Source: Hemiscyllium ocellatum (Eukaryota). From it: DNA of 64,000 nucleotides. The translations under genes and the position numbers were made by a program. The notes under the pieces were generated by a model. The model had not been told where the DNA came from, did no database searches, and saw only the letters and a list, made by a program, of their open reading frames with translations. Positions 1 to 14,310 of the stretch are shown here, piece after piece (the stretch's first letter is position 1; every line of letters starts with the position of its first letter). The stretch is taken from NCBI RefSeq assembly GCF_020745735.1, contig NW_026867533.1, forward strand, positions 62,001-126,000. The letters run 5' to 3'.

Positions 1-1270
1 AGGCGTTACCATTGACCAGGAACTCAACTGGACTTGTCACACAAACACAGTGGCTATCGGAGCAGATCAGAGATTAGGAATCGTGTGGCAAGTAACTCAG
101 GTTGTGACTCCCAAAGCCTGATTATTATCAATATGGCACAAGTCCAGAGTCGGTTGGAGGGCAACTTGCCTGGATGAGTGCAGCTCCCACAATGCTGAGA
201 AAGCTTGACACCATCCAGGACAGAACAGCCTGCTTCATTGGCTTTACATCCACTCCCTCTGCCACTTATGCTCAATAGCAGTAGTGTGTACTGTCAACAA
301 GATGCACTGCAGAAATTCACCAGAGATCCTCAGACATCACCTTCTAAAATCATGACCACTTCTATCTCAAAGGAGAAGAGCAGCACCATCACCTTCGAGT
401 TCCCTTCTTAACGTCCACTTAATAGTCTGACTTGGAAATACATTGCCTTTTCTTCATTGTCATTGGGTTAAAATCATGGAATTCCCTTCCTCATGTCAGT
501 GTAGGTCAACCTACAACAGGTGAACTGCAGCGGTTCAAGAAGGCAACTCACCACCACCTCCTCAACGACAACTAGGGACAGGCATAAAATGCTGGCCAGC
601 CAGTGATGCCCACATACTGCAAATGAATAAAAGGTCCATAAGCTGTTGGTGAATCCACAATGCACTTAGGGAAGAAATTCCAGGGTTTTGATCCAGTGAT
701 TGAACAAATAGTAATATTTTTCCAATCCTGGATGGCGAGTCGTTTGGAGGGGAACTTGCTGGTGTTGGTGTTCCCATGAATCTGCTGCCCTTGTCATTCT
801 GGATGGAAGTGGTTTTACATGATGAATCATGTTAGGCACATATGAATTTGATTGTGATTGTTGGAGGCCAGTCACCTCAGCTCCAGGACGTGTCTTCAGG
901 AGTTCCTCAGTGTAGTGTCTGAAGCCCAACCATCTTCAGCTGCACCATTAATGATGTTCCCTCGATTGTAAGTGCAGACTAAGGATCTTTGGTGAAATTG
1001 TGCAGTTCATGTTGTTGCAGTGTATCCTGGGTGCCTGGTATGACTTTACCCAGCAGAGAATTTGCCACCCACCCCTCGTATTCCAGTTTTCCTACAGCTC
1101 CTTGATGCCAAACACAATTGAACATAGTCTTGATGTCAAGGGCTATCACTTTGGCTTCACCTCCATGTTTGAACCAAGGTTGTAATGAGGTCAGGGACCT
1201 ATGTGGCCCTAGTGAAACCCAAACTGGGCTTCATTGAGCGGATTATTACTTGAAATTTTCTTGAGAATTT
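1..1270. mobile_element. Two opposed L2/Crack-like LINE 3' relics (1-635 plus, about 640-1270 minus)
   Basis: Shared motifs GCTTGCCTGGATGAGTGCAGCTCC, TGACTTGGAAATA and GCAGCGGTTCAAGAAGGCA recur at about 11050-11400, 38330-38620 and 54750-55900. The clade assignment is tentative. Confidence 0.55.
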
Positions 1271-2495
1271 AGAAGGTTAAAGGATGATCTGATTAAGGTC
1301 TTTATGATATTACCAGGAAAAGACAGAGTAAATTAAGATAAACTATTTCTACTGATTGGGGATTCTAGAATTAGGGTACATAGTCTGAGAATTAGGGCCT
1401 GACCACTCAGGAGAGATGTTCAAAAGCACTTCTACATACAAGGTGGGAGATATTTAGAACTTTTTTCTCAAATGGCAGTGAATGTTAGATTAGTTGATTT
1501 TCAATCTGTGATAGGTAACATTTTGTTATGAGGGGATCTTGACCAAAGGCAGCTTTGGCACTTAAGTGTAGGTAGGCTATGGCTTATCACAATTAATACG
1601 ATATTAACAAAATGTGAACTAACAATTTACACTATAAATCTAATGAACTGTCTTGTGCTTTAGCTTAACTCTAATTAACCTTAGGATGCTGACGTCAGCG
1701 TGTACAAGGGGGCATAACTACAAATTGAGGGTGATAGATTTAAAACAAATGTCAGAGGCAGGTTCTTTACACAGAGAGTGGTAAGGGTGTAGAATGTCCT
1801 ACCTGCTAATGTAGTCAACTCAGCCACATTAGGGATTTAAACAATCCTTCGATCAGCACATGAATGATTTTGGGATAGTGGAACGAGCTGAGAATAGTTC
1901 ACAGGTCGGCGCAACATCGAGGGGCGAAAAGCCTGTTCTGCGCTGTATTGTTCTATGTTCTATGTTCTCTATGTTCTATAATCTACATGATGATGATCAT
2001 CTAGTCATCTTCTCCTGCTGGTTTCAGGCATGTCTTCACGTGGTTGGTCTCAGGTTACCGCTCCTGAGGATGGTCTTGCAATGATCCTTACACTTTGAGG
2101 ATTCTCCCAAAAGGGTATAAAGACTTCAGCATCCACCAATACATTGATCAGGAAGCCATCTCTAAGTAAGGGCTAAGGCGCCCCTGCGTATGGTAAGCAG
2201 CTTAATTTTTCCAGTTGTCCTGGGGATGATATTCAGGTAAATTCAACTCAGTTGAAATTCAAGTGTATATTGTATTGTCTACAGCTGCTGAGTCAATTGT
2301 ATACTGTCTGTCTGTAGCTGCAGTCTCCCTGGATTCTGCACTTTTGGTTAAAGCTTGTCTCAATTTCCCAGCATGCCTCACTTATTGTCCATTTCTCATA
2401 AGTCCACCATTTTGAGTGGCCTGCCTGGCCACAAGGTCCTTCAGCTCTCCAAGTCTGCGCCAACTCATTTCGCCCTTCTATACTAAAACCGTCCT

Positions 2496-4686
2496 CACAG
2501 AACATAGAACAATACAGCACAGAACAGGCCCTTCGGCCCACGATGTTGTGCCGAACATCTATCCTAGATTAAGCACCCATGCATGTACCTATCCAATTGC
2601 CGCTTAAAGGTCGCCAATGATTCTGACTCTACCACTCCCACGGGCAGCGCATTCCATGCCCCCACCACTCTCTGGGTAAAGAACCCACCCCTGACATCTC
2701 CCCTATACCTTCCACCCTTCACCTTAAATTTATGTCCCCTTGTAACACTCTGTTGTACCCGGGGGAAAAGTTTCTGACTGTCTACTCTATCTATTCCTCT
2801 GATCATCTTATAAACCTCTATCAAGTCACCTCTCATCCTTCGCCGTTCCAATGAGAAAAGGCCGAGAACTCTCAACCTATCCTCGTACGACCTATTCTCC
2901 ATTCCAGGCAACATCCTGGTAAATCTTCTCTGCACCCTCTCCAAAGCTTCCACATCTTTCCTAAAGTGAGGCGACCAGAACTGCACACAGTACTCCAAAT
3001 GTGGCCTAACCAAAGTCCTGTACAGCTGCAACATCACTTCACGACTCTTGAATTCAATCCCTCTGCTAATGAACGCTAATACACCATATGCCTTCTTACA
3101 AGCTCTATCCACCTGAGTGGCAACTTTCAAAGATCTTTGTACATAGACCCCAAGATCCCTCTGTTCCTCCACCTGACTAAGAACCCTACCGTTAACCCTG
3201 TATTCCGCATTCTTATTTGTTTTTCCAAAATGGACAACCTCACACTTGGCAGGGTTGAACTCCACCTGCCACTCCTCAGCCCGCTCTGCATCATATCTAA
3301 GTCCCTTTGCAGCCGACAACAGCCCTCCTCACTGTCCACAACTCCACCATCCTCACTGTCCACAACTCCACCAATCTTCGTATCATCTGCAAATTTACTG
3401 ACCCACCCTTCGACTCCCTCATCCAAGTCATTAATAAAAATTACAAACAGCAGAGGACCCAGAACTGTTCCCTGCGGAACTCCACTTGTAACTGGGCTCC
3501 AGGCTGAATATTTACCATCTACCACCACTCTCTGACTTCGGCCGGTTAGCCAGTTTTCTATCCAATTGGCCAAATTTCCCTCTATCCCATGCCTCCTGAC
3601 TTTCCGCATAAGCCTACCATGGGGAACCTTATCAAATGCCTTACTAAAATCCATGTACACTACATTCACTGCCCTACCCTCATCCACATGCTTGGTCACC
3701 TCCTCAAAGAATTCAATAAGACTTGTAAGGCAAGACCTACCCTTCACAAATCCGTGCTGGCTGTCCCTAATCAAGCAGTGTCTTTCCAGATACTCATAAA
3801 TCCTATCCCTCAGTACCCTTTCCATTACTTTGCCTACCACAGAAGTAAGACTAACTGGCCTGTAATTCCCGGGGTTATCCCTATTCCCTTTTTCGAACCG
3901 GGGCACAACATTCGCTACTCTCCAGTCCCCTGGTACCACCCCTGTTGACAGTGAAGACGAAAAGATCATTGCCAACGGTACTGCAATTTCCTCTCTTGCT
4001 TCTCACATAATCCTAGGATATATCCCGTCAGGCCCGGGGGACTTGTCTATCCTCAAGTTGTTCAAAATGTCCAACACATCTTCCTTCCTAACAAATATCT
4101 CTTTTAGCTTACCAGTACGTTTCACACTCTCCTCTTCAACAATACGGTCCCTCTTGTTGGTAAATACTGAAGAAAAGTACTCATTCAAGACCTCTCCTAT
4201 CTCTTCCGACTCAATACACAATCTCCCACTACTGTCCTTGATCGGACCTACCCTCGTTCTCGTCATTCTCATGTTTCTCACATAAGCATAAAATGCCTTG
4301 GGGTTATCCTTGATCCTATCCGCCAAGGATTTTTCATGCCCTCTCTTAGCTCTCCTAATCCCTTTCTTCAGGTCCCTTCTGGCTATCCTGTATCCCTCCA
4401 CTGCTCTGTCTGAACCCTGTTTCCTCAACCTTATGTAAGCCTCCTTCTTCCTCTTTACTAGACATTCAACCTCCCTCGTCAACCAAGGCTCCCTCACACG
4501 ACCATTTCTTTCCTGCCTGATAGGTACATACATATCAAGGACACGTCGTATCTGCTCCTTGAAAAAGTTCCACATTTCCACCACATCCTTCCCTGACAGC
4601 CTATGCTCCCAACTTATGCTCCTCAAATCCTGTCTTACAGCATCGTAATTTCCCTTCCCCCAATTGTATTCCCCCACAGGATCCAT
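2496..4686 (-). mobile_element. Young 5'-truncated CR1 LINE (ORF2 RT region to 3' tail)
   Basis: ORFs 4003-4686, 3127-3975 and 2564-3319 give [45 protein letters not shown]. One TGA (4003-4005), one frameshift (about 3290), an in-frame 24-bp duplication, and a TTCTATG-type tail at about 2500. Confidence 0.93.
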
Positions 4687-4695
4687 ATCCCTCTA

Positions 4696-5400
4696 CAGTG
4701 GAACCTCGATTATCCAAAGTCCTTGGGCGAGCAGGTTTTCATTCAGGTAATTGGTCATTCGGTAAATTGATTTGACGTTAAACAATTGAAGCTGCATTGC
4801 CCATAATTGCATTAAAAAGCATGCTAACAGTGTGTTTATTTCATTTGATTGCTAAAATCTGCACAAACACTGCATATTGCTTAGAAATTGATGACATTTT
4901 ACAACTCAGATCACTTTTTATGTACTTGTACAATTAAAAAAAATCATTGAGGTGGAGTTTATTTATTATTTCCGAAGAAATTATCCAGTGGCTGTTGTTT
5001 GAGGAAGTGCTGTCTCTTTTTTGTTTCCAAACAATAACATGTGACGAAGATGCATCAGTTTAACAGCATCAACTTCATCTTGTGTTTCATACCACTCCAT
5101 GAAAAGTCACAAACTGTCAATAGCTTCATTAACTGGAGGTGGTGCCGGTATCAGAATTTCCTTACTATCCACACCATTCATACAGTCCTGCTGTTCCTCT
5201 GTGACTACGTTGACTATTTGATCATCAGAGAATGTGTCTGTTTCAATTTCATTGTCAGAGTTCACCCAAGCATCAATCTCTGTCTCTGCAAAGTCTCCTA
5301 AACCCAGGTGTCTGCAGTTTTCAGTGATTTCAGTGGTTATGCTTTGTTCTGAACGGGTGTCCACTTCACTGGCACGGCTCCCAATACACAAGCTATTGTA
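4696..5400 (-). mobile_element. Tigger/pogo-like DNA transposon relic
   Basis: TA followed by TIR-like CAGTGGAACCTCGATTATCC at 4696. Minus ORF 5107-5391 (EIDAWVNSD...DDQIVNVV) resembles the acidic C-terminus of Tigger/Jerky transposases. Confidence 0.5.
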
Positions 5401-6051
5401 CCAACAGTCTGCAATTGTTGATGGCTTGATGTGGTCCCATCAATACTCTCCTGATGTTCTCTCTCTCTCCTCTCTTCTGAACCTTGCTCTTTTGGTTTTT
5501 AGTTAGAGGAGGAAGGGGGCTGACCATTCCTTAACACCAGGTTGGTCCACGATGCTCTGCAAAGTCCACTCCCAAAATAGTTTTTTTAATTTCAAAAATA
5601 AATTTATTCATAAGAAATCTCATAATGTCTTTATAAATACATTGGCACAAGTGCGGTTCAGTTCTATACAGTTGCATATCAAATAAGCAAACAAAACATT
5701 GGACTTTGACCTGTCCAAATACCCAAAGACTTCTCTTATATATGCAATACTAATAGTTACATAAATGAGGCAGTTTCTCAAATATATCTACCTATTAGTA
5801 TTTGCACACAAGAGTGGATTTTGCTTCTGTTTTTTGGCAGAATCCAAGTCCAATGTTTTGTTTGTTTATTTGATGTGACACCGTACAGTCCACTTCCAGA
5901 ATGCAAATGAGAAATGTCACAGCTCCTCCAGTTAGATGCACTTCCTCCTGCTGGTCACCTGGGGTGGTCTTCCACGATGCTCTCCACATCCATGCTGATT
6001 GTGAAGTCCACTCTCAGAATGCAAATAAGTGATGTCTCCACACCTTTAGAT

Positions 6052-8620
6052 TGAACATAGAACATTATGGTGCAGTACAGGCCCTTCGGCCCTTGATGTT
6101 GCACTGACCTGTGGAACTAATCTGAAGTCCATCTATCCTGCACTATTCCATTTTCATCCAGATGGTTATCCAATGCCCATTCTAATGCCCTAAAGGTTGG
6201 CAAGTCTACTCCTATTGCAAGCAGTGTGTTCTACGCCCCTACTCCTCTCTGAGTAAAGAAACTATCTCAGACATCTGTCCTATATCTATCACCCCCAATT
6301 TAAAGCTATTTCCCCTTGTGCCAGCCATCACTATCTGAGAAGAAAAACTCTCACTGTACACTCTATCTAACCCTCTGATTATCTTGTATGTCTCAATTAA
6401 GTCACCTCTCAACCTTCTCTCTAATGAAAACAGCTCAAGTACTTCAGCCTTTCCTGTTAAGACCTTCCCTCCATAACAAGCAACATCCTAGCAAAGTTTC
6501 TCTGCATCCTTTCCAAAATTCCCACGTCCTTCCTATAATGCGGTGACCAGAACTGTAAGTAATACTCGAAGTGCAGCCGCACTAGAGTTTTGTACCGCTG
6601 CAGCACAACCTCATGACTCTGAAACTCCATCCCTCTACCAATTAAAGCTAACACACTGAGTGCCAACTTAACAACCCTATCAACCTGGGTGCCAACTTTC
6701 AGGGATCCATGTACATGGACACCGAGATCTATCTGCTCAGCTACACTACCAAGAATCTTACCATTAGCCCAGTACTCTGTTTTCCTGTTGTTCCTTCCAA
6801 AGTGAATCACCTCACGTTTTTGCATTAAGCTCAATATGCCACCTCAGCCCAGCTCTGCAGCTTACGTATGTCCCTCTGTAACCTGCAACATCCTTTGGCA
6901 CTGTCCACAACCCCATTGACCTTAGTGTCATCCATAAATTTACTAACCTATCCTTCTACACCTTCATCTAGGTCATTTATAAAAGTGACAAACAGCAGTG
7001 GTGGCAAAACAGATCCTTGCGTTACACCACTGGTAATTGAACTCCAGGATGAACCTTTCCCATCAACCAACACTTTTCAGCTAGTCAATTTTCAGTCTTT
7101 CAGCTAGCCAATTTCTGATACAAACCATTAAATTTCCCTCTTTTCCGTGCCTCGCTATTTTCTGCAATAGCATACCATGAGGATCCGTATCAAACGCCTT
7201 ACTGAAAACCACATCAACCACCTTACCCTGATCCATCTGTTTGGTCACCATCTTAAAGCACTCAAGAAGATTTGTGAGGCACAATCTCCCCTTCACAAAA
7301 CCGTGTTGTCTACCCCTAATCAACTTATTCCTCTCTAGGTAATTATAAATCCTTTCTCTTATGACTTTTTCGGACACTTTACCCACAACTGAAGTAAGGC
7401 TCACTGATCTATAATTACCGGGGTTGACTCTATTCCCCTTCTTGAACAAGAGGGAGTTGTCCTCCAGTCTTCTGGCACTATTCCTGTAGACAATGACAAC
7501 ACAAAGATCAAAGCCAAAGGCTCTGCAATCTCCTCTCTGCCTTCCCAGAGAATCCTGGAATAAATCCCATCCGACCGAGGTGACTCATCTACTTTCACAC
7601 TTTCCAAAATTGCTCACACCTCCTCTTTGTGAACTGAATTCCATCTAGTAGCCTGTTTCTCAGTATTCTCCTCGACAATATTGTCTTTTTCCAGTGTGAA
7701 TACTGATGAAAGATATTCATTGAGCAATTCCCCTACCTCTTCAAACTCCACCCACAACTTCCAACTCCGGTTCTTGATTGGCCTTAATCTTTCTCCAGTC
7801 ATTCTTTTATTCCTGATATACCCAGAGAACGCTTTAGAGGACACTGGTGGTTCTTAGCCTTCTCTTTAGGTCTTTTCTGGCTGACTTGTAAATCTAAAGT
7901 GCCCTAAAGTGTCTCATCCTAATAGAAGCCTTTTTCTTCTTCTTGACACGAGATTCAAACTTTTTAGAAAACTATAGCTCTATCGCTCGACAATTTCCTC
8001 CCTGCCTGACAGGCACATGCTTATCAAGGACACGCAGTAGCTGTTCCTTGAAAAAGCTTCACATTTCAACTGTGCCCAACCCCTGCAGTTTCCTTCCCTA
8101 TCCTATGCATCCTAAATCTTGCCTAGTCGCATCATAATTGCCTGTCCTCCAGCAATAACTCTTACACTGCCGCATATACCTATCCCTTTCCATCACTAAA
8201 GTAAACATAACTCGAATTGTGGTCACTGTCACCAAAGTGCTCACCTACCTCCAAATCTAATACCTGGCTGGGTTCCTTACCCAGTACCAAATCCAATGTG
8301 GTCTCGCCCCTTGTTGGCTTGTCTACATACTGTGTCAGGAAAACATCCTGTATACATTGGACAAAAACGGACCCATCTAAAGTACTCGAGCTATTGTATT
8401 TCCAGTCAATATTTGGAAAGTTAAAATCCCCCGTAACAACTATCTTGTTACTCTTGCTGCTATCCAGAATTATCTTTGGTATCCTTTCCTCTACATCACT
8501 GGAACTATTCGGAGGCCTAGAGAAAACTCCCAGCAGAGTGTCATCTCCTTTACTGTTGCTTACCTCAGCTCGTGCTACCTCAGTAGTTGAGTCCTCAAAT
8601 GTCCTTTCTGCCACCATCCT
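6052..8620 (-). mobile_element. Older CR1 LINE (endonuclease, RT and 3' tail remnants)
   Basis: Fragments VTGDFNFPNIDW (EN), [20 protein letters not shown] (RT) and VQFWSPHYRKD; ATAGAAC tail at about 6055; many indels. Confidence 0.85.
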
Positions 8621-11600
8621 TGACTAAGTGCACATCTCTCCCTCTTTTAGCATCTTCACAGTTGCATGTGAGTAGTTTTGGACCCAATATTTAAGGAAAG
8701 CTATTATTTCATTGGAGGCAGTTCCAGAACATTGATGTGGGTGATCCCTGATCAAGAGGAAAAGGCTAAACAGGCTGAGAATTTAGAAGAATGCGATATG
8801 ATCTCATTGCAACATATAGGGTTCTTAAGGGACTTGACAGGGTAAATGCTGAGAGGATATTATCCCTCACGGGAGAGTCGAGGACCAGAGGGGATGGTCT
8901 CATAATGAAGGGTTGACAATTTAAGACTGAGATGCAGAGGAATTTGTTCCTAGGTTTGAGAGTCTTTGGAACTCCTCATTACATAGAGCTGTGGGAGTAA
9001 CGTCCCTGTCTATATTTAAGGCTGAGATCAATTCTTGAGCAGTAGGAGAATTGAGGTAATAAGAAAATACAGAAAAGTAAATAGTGTGGAATGTCGTGTC
9101 AGCAATGATCCTAATGAACGATGGAGCAGACTTAATGAGCCAAATGGTCTGTTCCTATTCCTATTTCTTATGGTTTAGGACCTTGAGCTATAATTAACCT
9201 ATATCATGTTCTCCTTTCCCACAACATCACTCACATTTTCCATTGCTGTGACCTCAGGCACATTAGTCGAAAGTGGATGCAAGGAGAACATCTACAGAAG
9301 TCTGTGCCTGGCATTAGGAACCTATTGGAAGTAGATTGTTCCTATTGGACACTGGCCTATGTTATATCTCAGCAGGGGCCAAGTAGCTGGTGTCATGGAA
9401 GTTAAATTGACTCGACTCAAATGCTAGCAAGAGCATAGACAAAGCTTTATTGTAACCTCTACAGGGGGCTAATAGATTTGGCAAAAATGTCTTATATAAG
9501 GGCCCTGAACAAGTTTCACATATTCTCTTTATACTATTTTTTGCTTATTCTTATCACAAGCTCAAGCACAAGGGTTGGGAACATTCAAGCCTCTTCCTGC
9601 CCACCCCCCATTCTTCACTCCCTCCAAAATCATTGCCATGGGTCTCCAGAGTCTGGTGACATTTGATGAAATATGCCTACATATTTGAAGAAATATGGCT
9701 ATGGATTAGGACCGGCTCCTGGTCTCCTCGCCTTGGTCTATCTCCCATACAATGTCGCTATTGAATGCTTTGCACTTTTTATAATTTAAGTTGGCCAGAG
9801 GTCATGTAAATCCACGGAGTCAGGCACATTCCCTAGTAATAGGTATTTGTTTGAATCAAGCTTATAAAGTGTTTTCATGGCAAATTCAATACAGGCAGCA
9901 TCACATCCACACCGTTTCACTGATGTCATCAATTAACAGAAGTCTAAATACTGAAGTGATTACACTGCTCTGGGTCAGAGACCTGTAATTATTCCTGGGT
10001 TTATTATGGTCAGATCTTTCAGTAAACTGCAAATGGATGAAGGAGCAGGAAAGGAAAAGGAATAAAATTCTCTTTTCAACAAAACAGCCAATACTGACTA
10101 ATATGACATGAACCTTCAGTAAATTTGAATAATGAGAAATTACTATGTTTGGATTCTGAATCAAACATTGAGTTACAAATTGTGCTTGTAAGGGTTAAAT
10201 TAGCAATCGTGTATAAAGACCTTGAGCTTCTTGTTCCGAGATAAGGAAGTTAAACTTGAATCCTTGCATTTGCGATGTTTTCCCTCTGTCCGAGTGCAGA
10301 CAAGTCTTTATTTGACCTCCTTACTCCCCACCCACCAGCTCCTGCCCTCACAGCCAAAACTCTCGATGTTGATAAGAAGTGCCAAATATTAACTTTGTGA
10401 TCATGCACATATTTAAAATGATTTAACTGGTATTTTATGACCAGTTGCGGCTGTGAAAATGTTGACACCTCACACTGTGAATTAAGTGGAAATCTAAGTT
10501 TGTCAGAAATTAAAGGAAACAAATTGGCAAGTAAGTTTGGTCTAATATCAGATTAAATCTGCTATATTAGGGATCCAATAATGAGAAAGGGAAGTGCTGG
10601 CAGTTGTTGTCAGATTATGTCAGGATTGCCTCACGAAGGCATCCCACGGCAGCGTGGTGAACACAAACACAGATGAGAACAATTACAGAAAACAACTGCT
10701 TGACTGGTTCAGAAATGCTTGGCTTATTTTGAGAGACCAATCTTAAATCAGCATAAAACATCCAAAGTTTTTCAATGGTCTGTTGAATTTTGCCTGTCTT
10801 TCAGTATAAAGGTATTGCATAGCCCAGAAATGGCTTTAAACAAGGATGACGTACTGTGACATACTGAAGAAATGGTTTTCTCTTTTTTTCGCTCTGTGCT
10901 GTCTCTTCCACACCCCAACCCCTGCATTCCCTCATTGTGGTGTACTGTAGACATCCTGTGGAAGTCAAAAGAACCCCATACCAACACGACCAAGATGGTT
11001 CATGATGCATCTTGAAAACAAATAAAATCCCAGCAGCATTTTTTAGATCATAGGACAGCATTGTCAATACACTCCAGGGGGATGGGTGGTGAAGACAGCA
11101 ATAACTAGTTACATTAGCAAGATTACAAGACTGGGATACAAGGTATACTGCTTTGTCATTACCCCCTCATTAACTTCACCATTGCAAGGCTAAAATCGGG
11201 AGCATTGGAATCCTCACTGCTCACCTGGTGATTTGTTTAATTGCAACAATAGTCAAGAAGCTCAATATGATCAAAGAGAGAGCAGTTTGATTGACTGGCA
11301 AAAGAACTAACGTACCTAATTTCCACTCCCTTCACCATCACTGAGCTACGATGTTGGGCTACCTAGCACTTACACTGTACGGAATGAACTGCAGCAACTC
11401 ATTAGACTTACACTGAAAGGACCTTTCCTGTCTATAATCTCTATTTCTGAACAGAACAATAATCAGCTAAAGGTCTATTCCACCTGATTCTGACTTTGCA
11501 TGGATATCTCTGTTCTTTTATTATCACTATGGCAAAATAATGCGATTTATTAAAATTGCAGTCATTGACTAACTTAGGAAAACTAGTCGACCAGGCTTGG

Positions 11601-12639
11601 AATATTGAATCTCAAGTCTGTGATTTCTTTTTTTGTTAAATTGCTTTGGACTTAATTCTGAATAAGTTTACTGATGTTAAATGAGTTAATTTGTGCTCTT
11701 TGATGAATTGCAGTTCTGGAAACATTGTCAGTGCAAACAGTGAGGAAAATGGGAATGCAGATTCTCCTGGATCAAGTGAAGTAATTGCAAAGTAAGCTTA
11801 GTTGCATGCATGACTAAGTTAGTCATTATATCAGAATATGACAAACCATTAGGAAATAACTGGTGAGCTGGTAGTTTATGCAATGTTATACAACGATCAA
11901 TGGTAACAACTCGGAGGCAATGATTTGATCAGCTCTCAAAGAGGAACTTGCCGATGTTCACTCCCAAGTCCTTTTACTATGTGATACTGCAAAACCTCTC
12001 CTTATGAAAATTGTAGATTCCTTTTGAAGACCTCAGTTGAAGCTGCCTCCACCACTAAACTATCAGGCAGAACACTCCAGTTTCCGAGCAATGCTGTTTT
12101 TAAGAACAGTTTTCCTTGTAACCGTTGTTTTCTTTTTTTTGCTGATCAAGTTAAATCCACTGATCCTTTTCTTCTCAAGCCTTTTTAAAATATAATCCGC
12201 ACAGTATGGAAACAGGCCACTTGGCCCAACAAATCCACACCAACCCTCCAATCCAAATGCATTCTCCTACCCTTTTACGCTACTCTATCCAAATCCCTCA
12301 TGATTTTGAACACTTTTAAAATGAATTCTTCATCTTCTGTTCTCAAACTATCCACATAGTTCTCCAGTTGCTCATCTCTGGTACCATTTTTGTGTACCTT
12401 TTGTGCACCTTCTCAAATCCCTTCCTGAAGCGTGCTGCATAAATACTAGACATGAGGGAAAAGCATGTTTATAACTATTTGTCATAATTTCCTTCTTTTG
12501 CATACCACTGTCTTATTTATAATGTTCAGAATCCTAATGATATCTTCAATCTGCAATCTGAGGAAGTTGACAATTTAAGTTCACGAGAAAAGAAAGTGAC
12601 AGTCAACAAGTAAGTTTGATCCAATGTATGACCATGTTA

Positions 12640-13000
12640 TGCTTCAACATGTGTTCAGTCTCTTTCTGAACCTGTGCCACCCTTCAAAGGTTAAGTCCAT
12701 AGGATGTTGCTTGATTGGAACAGCATTTCCTCAATCAATATTATGTGCAGTGAGATTAGTAATTCCCAGGTTATTCCCACATATCTCCCCATGTGATTAT
12801 AGTAACTCTTTCAGGTCATTTCGATTTTCATCTGGAAGGTAACTCAGCAGTTTATCCCAGTTTTCCAGAACTTCCTCATTATTCAATTTAATTTGAGGAA
12901 TGTCCAATTCACAATCATCTGAAATTGTTTCGTCACTCTGTGTTGTAGCCAGTAACACATTCTCTTTTGTTTTGCTATCAAAATAGCTTTTGAACAAAAC
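12640..13000 (-). mobile_element. Gypsy/Ty3 pol relic (protease-RT linker)
   Basis: Broken frame ..LLSYLPDENRNDLKELLLSHGEICGNNLGITNLTAHNID*GNAVPIKQHP..QVQKETEHML resembles the segment upstream of Gypsy RT. Confidence 0.55.
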
Positions 13001-13959
13001 ACATCTCTTTAAGCCACAGAATGGTCACAGAAATAGGTGGAGCAGTAAGCCATTCAGCCCCTTAAGCATGCGCTGCTGTTCAAAATGACAATGGCTGATT
13101 ATCCAACTCAATATCCTGTTCCATCATTCTTTCGATAAGCTTTGATCTCTTTAGCCAGAAAAAAAACTATTATGTTTTGGACTCAATCAATTTCTATGAC
13201 TGTGAATTCTAAAGAGTCACCACTGTCAGGGTGAAGAAAGGTTTCCTCATCTCAGTCCAAAATGCCCGAGCCAGTATCTGTAGACCGTGACCCTGGTTCT
13301 GGACTCCCCAGCCGTGGAGAGCATCCTTCCTGGTTATCTAATTCTGGATATAAACACTGACTTGTGCTGCATCTTGTGATCTTAGCCTGGGTCAATTTGG
13401 GGAGGGTTATTCTCAGTATTGCCACACTTTGACAGTGCAAGTTAACCTCTTGCTGACAGCAGGCTGGAAGCAAGGTAGCCATTTGTTGCTAAGGAAGAGA
13501 GAGGGCTGAGTGCTCACTGCCCATATTCAAAAGGGAAGAATGACCCATTGAGGAGAGATTTTAGAGGACTTTTTGTAGCTGTAACGGTGGACACTGATAG
13601 AAATTACTGACTCCCGTATAACACACAGAGAATCAGCAAAGGTGACTCAAAGTGCTGATTCCTAATTAGCACTTTCCAAATGACAACAGCCCATTGGTTG
13701 AAGAAGCTTTCCTTTTTAACATTAAAATGTTCAGCAATGTATGACATGCCTCTGGAATAGGTAGGACAGGAACTTAAACCTACTAAGTCTAATCTAGGAA
13801 CTTAAGCCTACTGATCTAGGGGTAGGGAGACTATCATTCGACCATAAGAGACCTGTTTTGCATCTCATACAGAATCAATGCAATTTCCCTTAATTGCTTC
13901 ATTAATTCCTGGGGATGTAAATAATAAGCCGCCTGTCAGAGTATTGGGTGTTGCTCAGG

Positions 13960-14310
13960 TGTCACTGAGTAGTTTGCTGATCTTTGAGTCGGAGGGTTCA
14001 AGACCTACCATCGGGTTTAGAATAGACTAATTGATGCTGCCACAACAGTGCAGTCCTGAGATAATCCTACGCATCAGATATATATGAGGCATTAAACCAA
14101 AGCCACTCTGCCCTCTGAAGGGACCCTTATTTTGAATTAAAGTGAGGAGATTATACCTGGTGTCCCGGCCAATACTTATCGCTCAATCCCGATGAGCAGA
14201 TGATCTGGTCATCATCTCCTTCCTGCTTTTCTCATGGTACACAAATTAGATCTCACATTTCTGACATGTGACTACATGATCAAAAGTACTTCAGTTGTTG
14301 GAGAGAACAT
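13960..14310 (+). mobile_element. Old DeuSINE/SacSINE-like element
   Basis: GTGTCCCGGCCAATACTTATCGCTCAATC..GATCTGGTCATCATC..GTGACTACATGATCAAAAGTACTTCA resembles the Deu central domain as I recall it; not confirmed by search. Confidence 0.45.
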
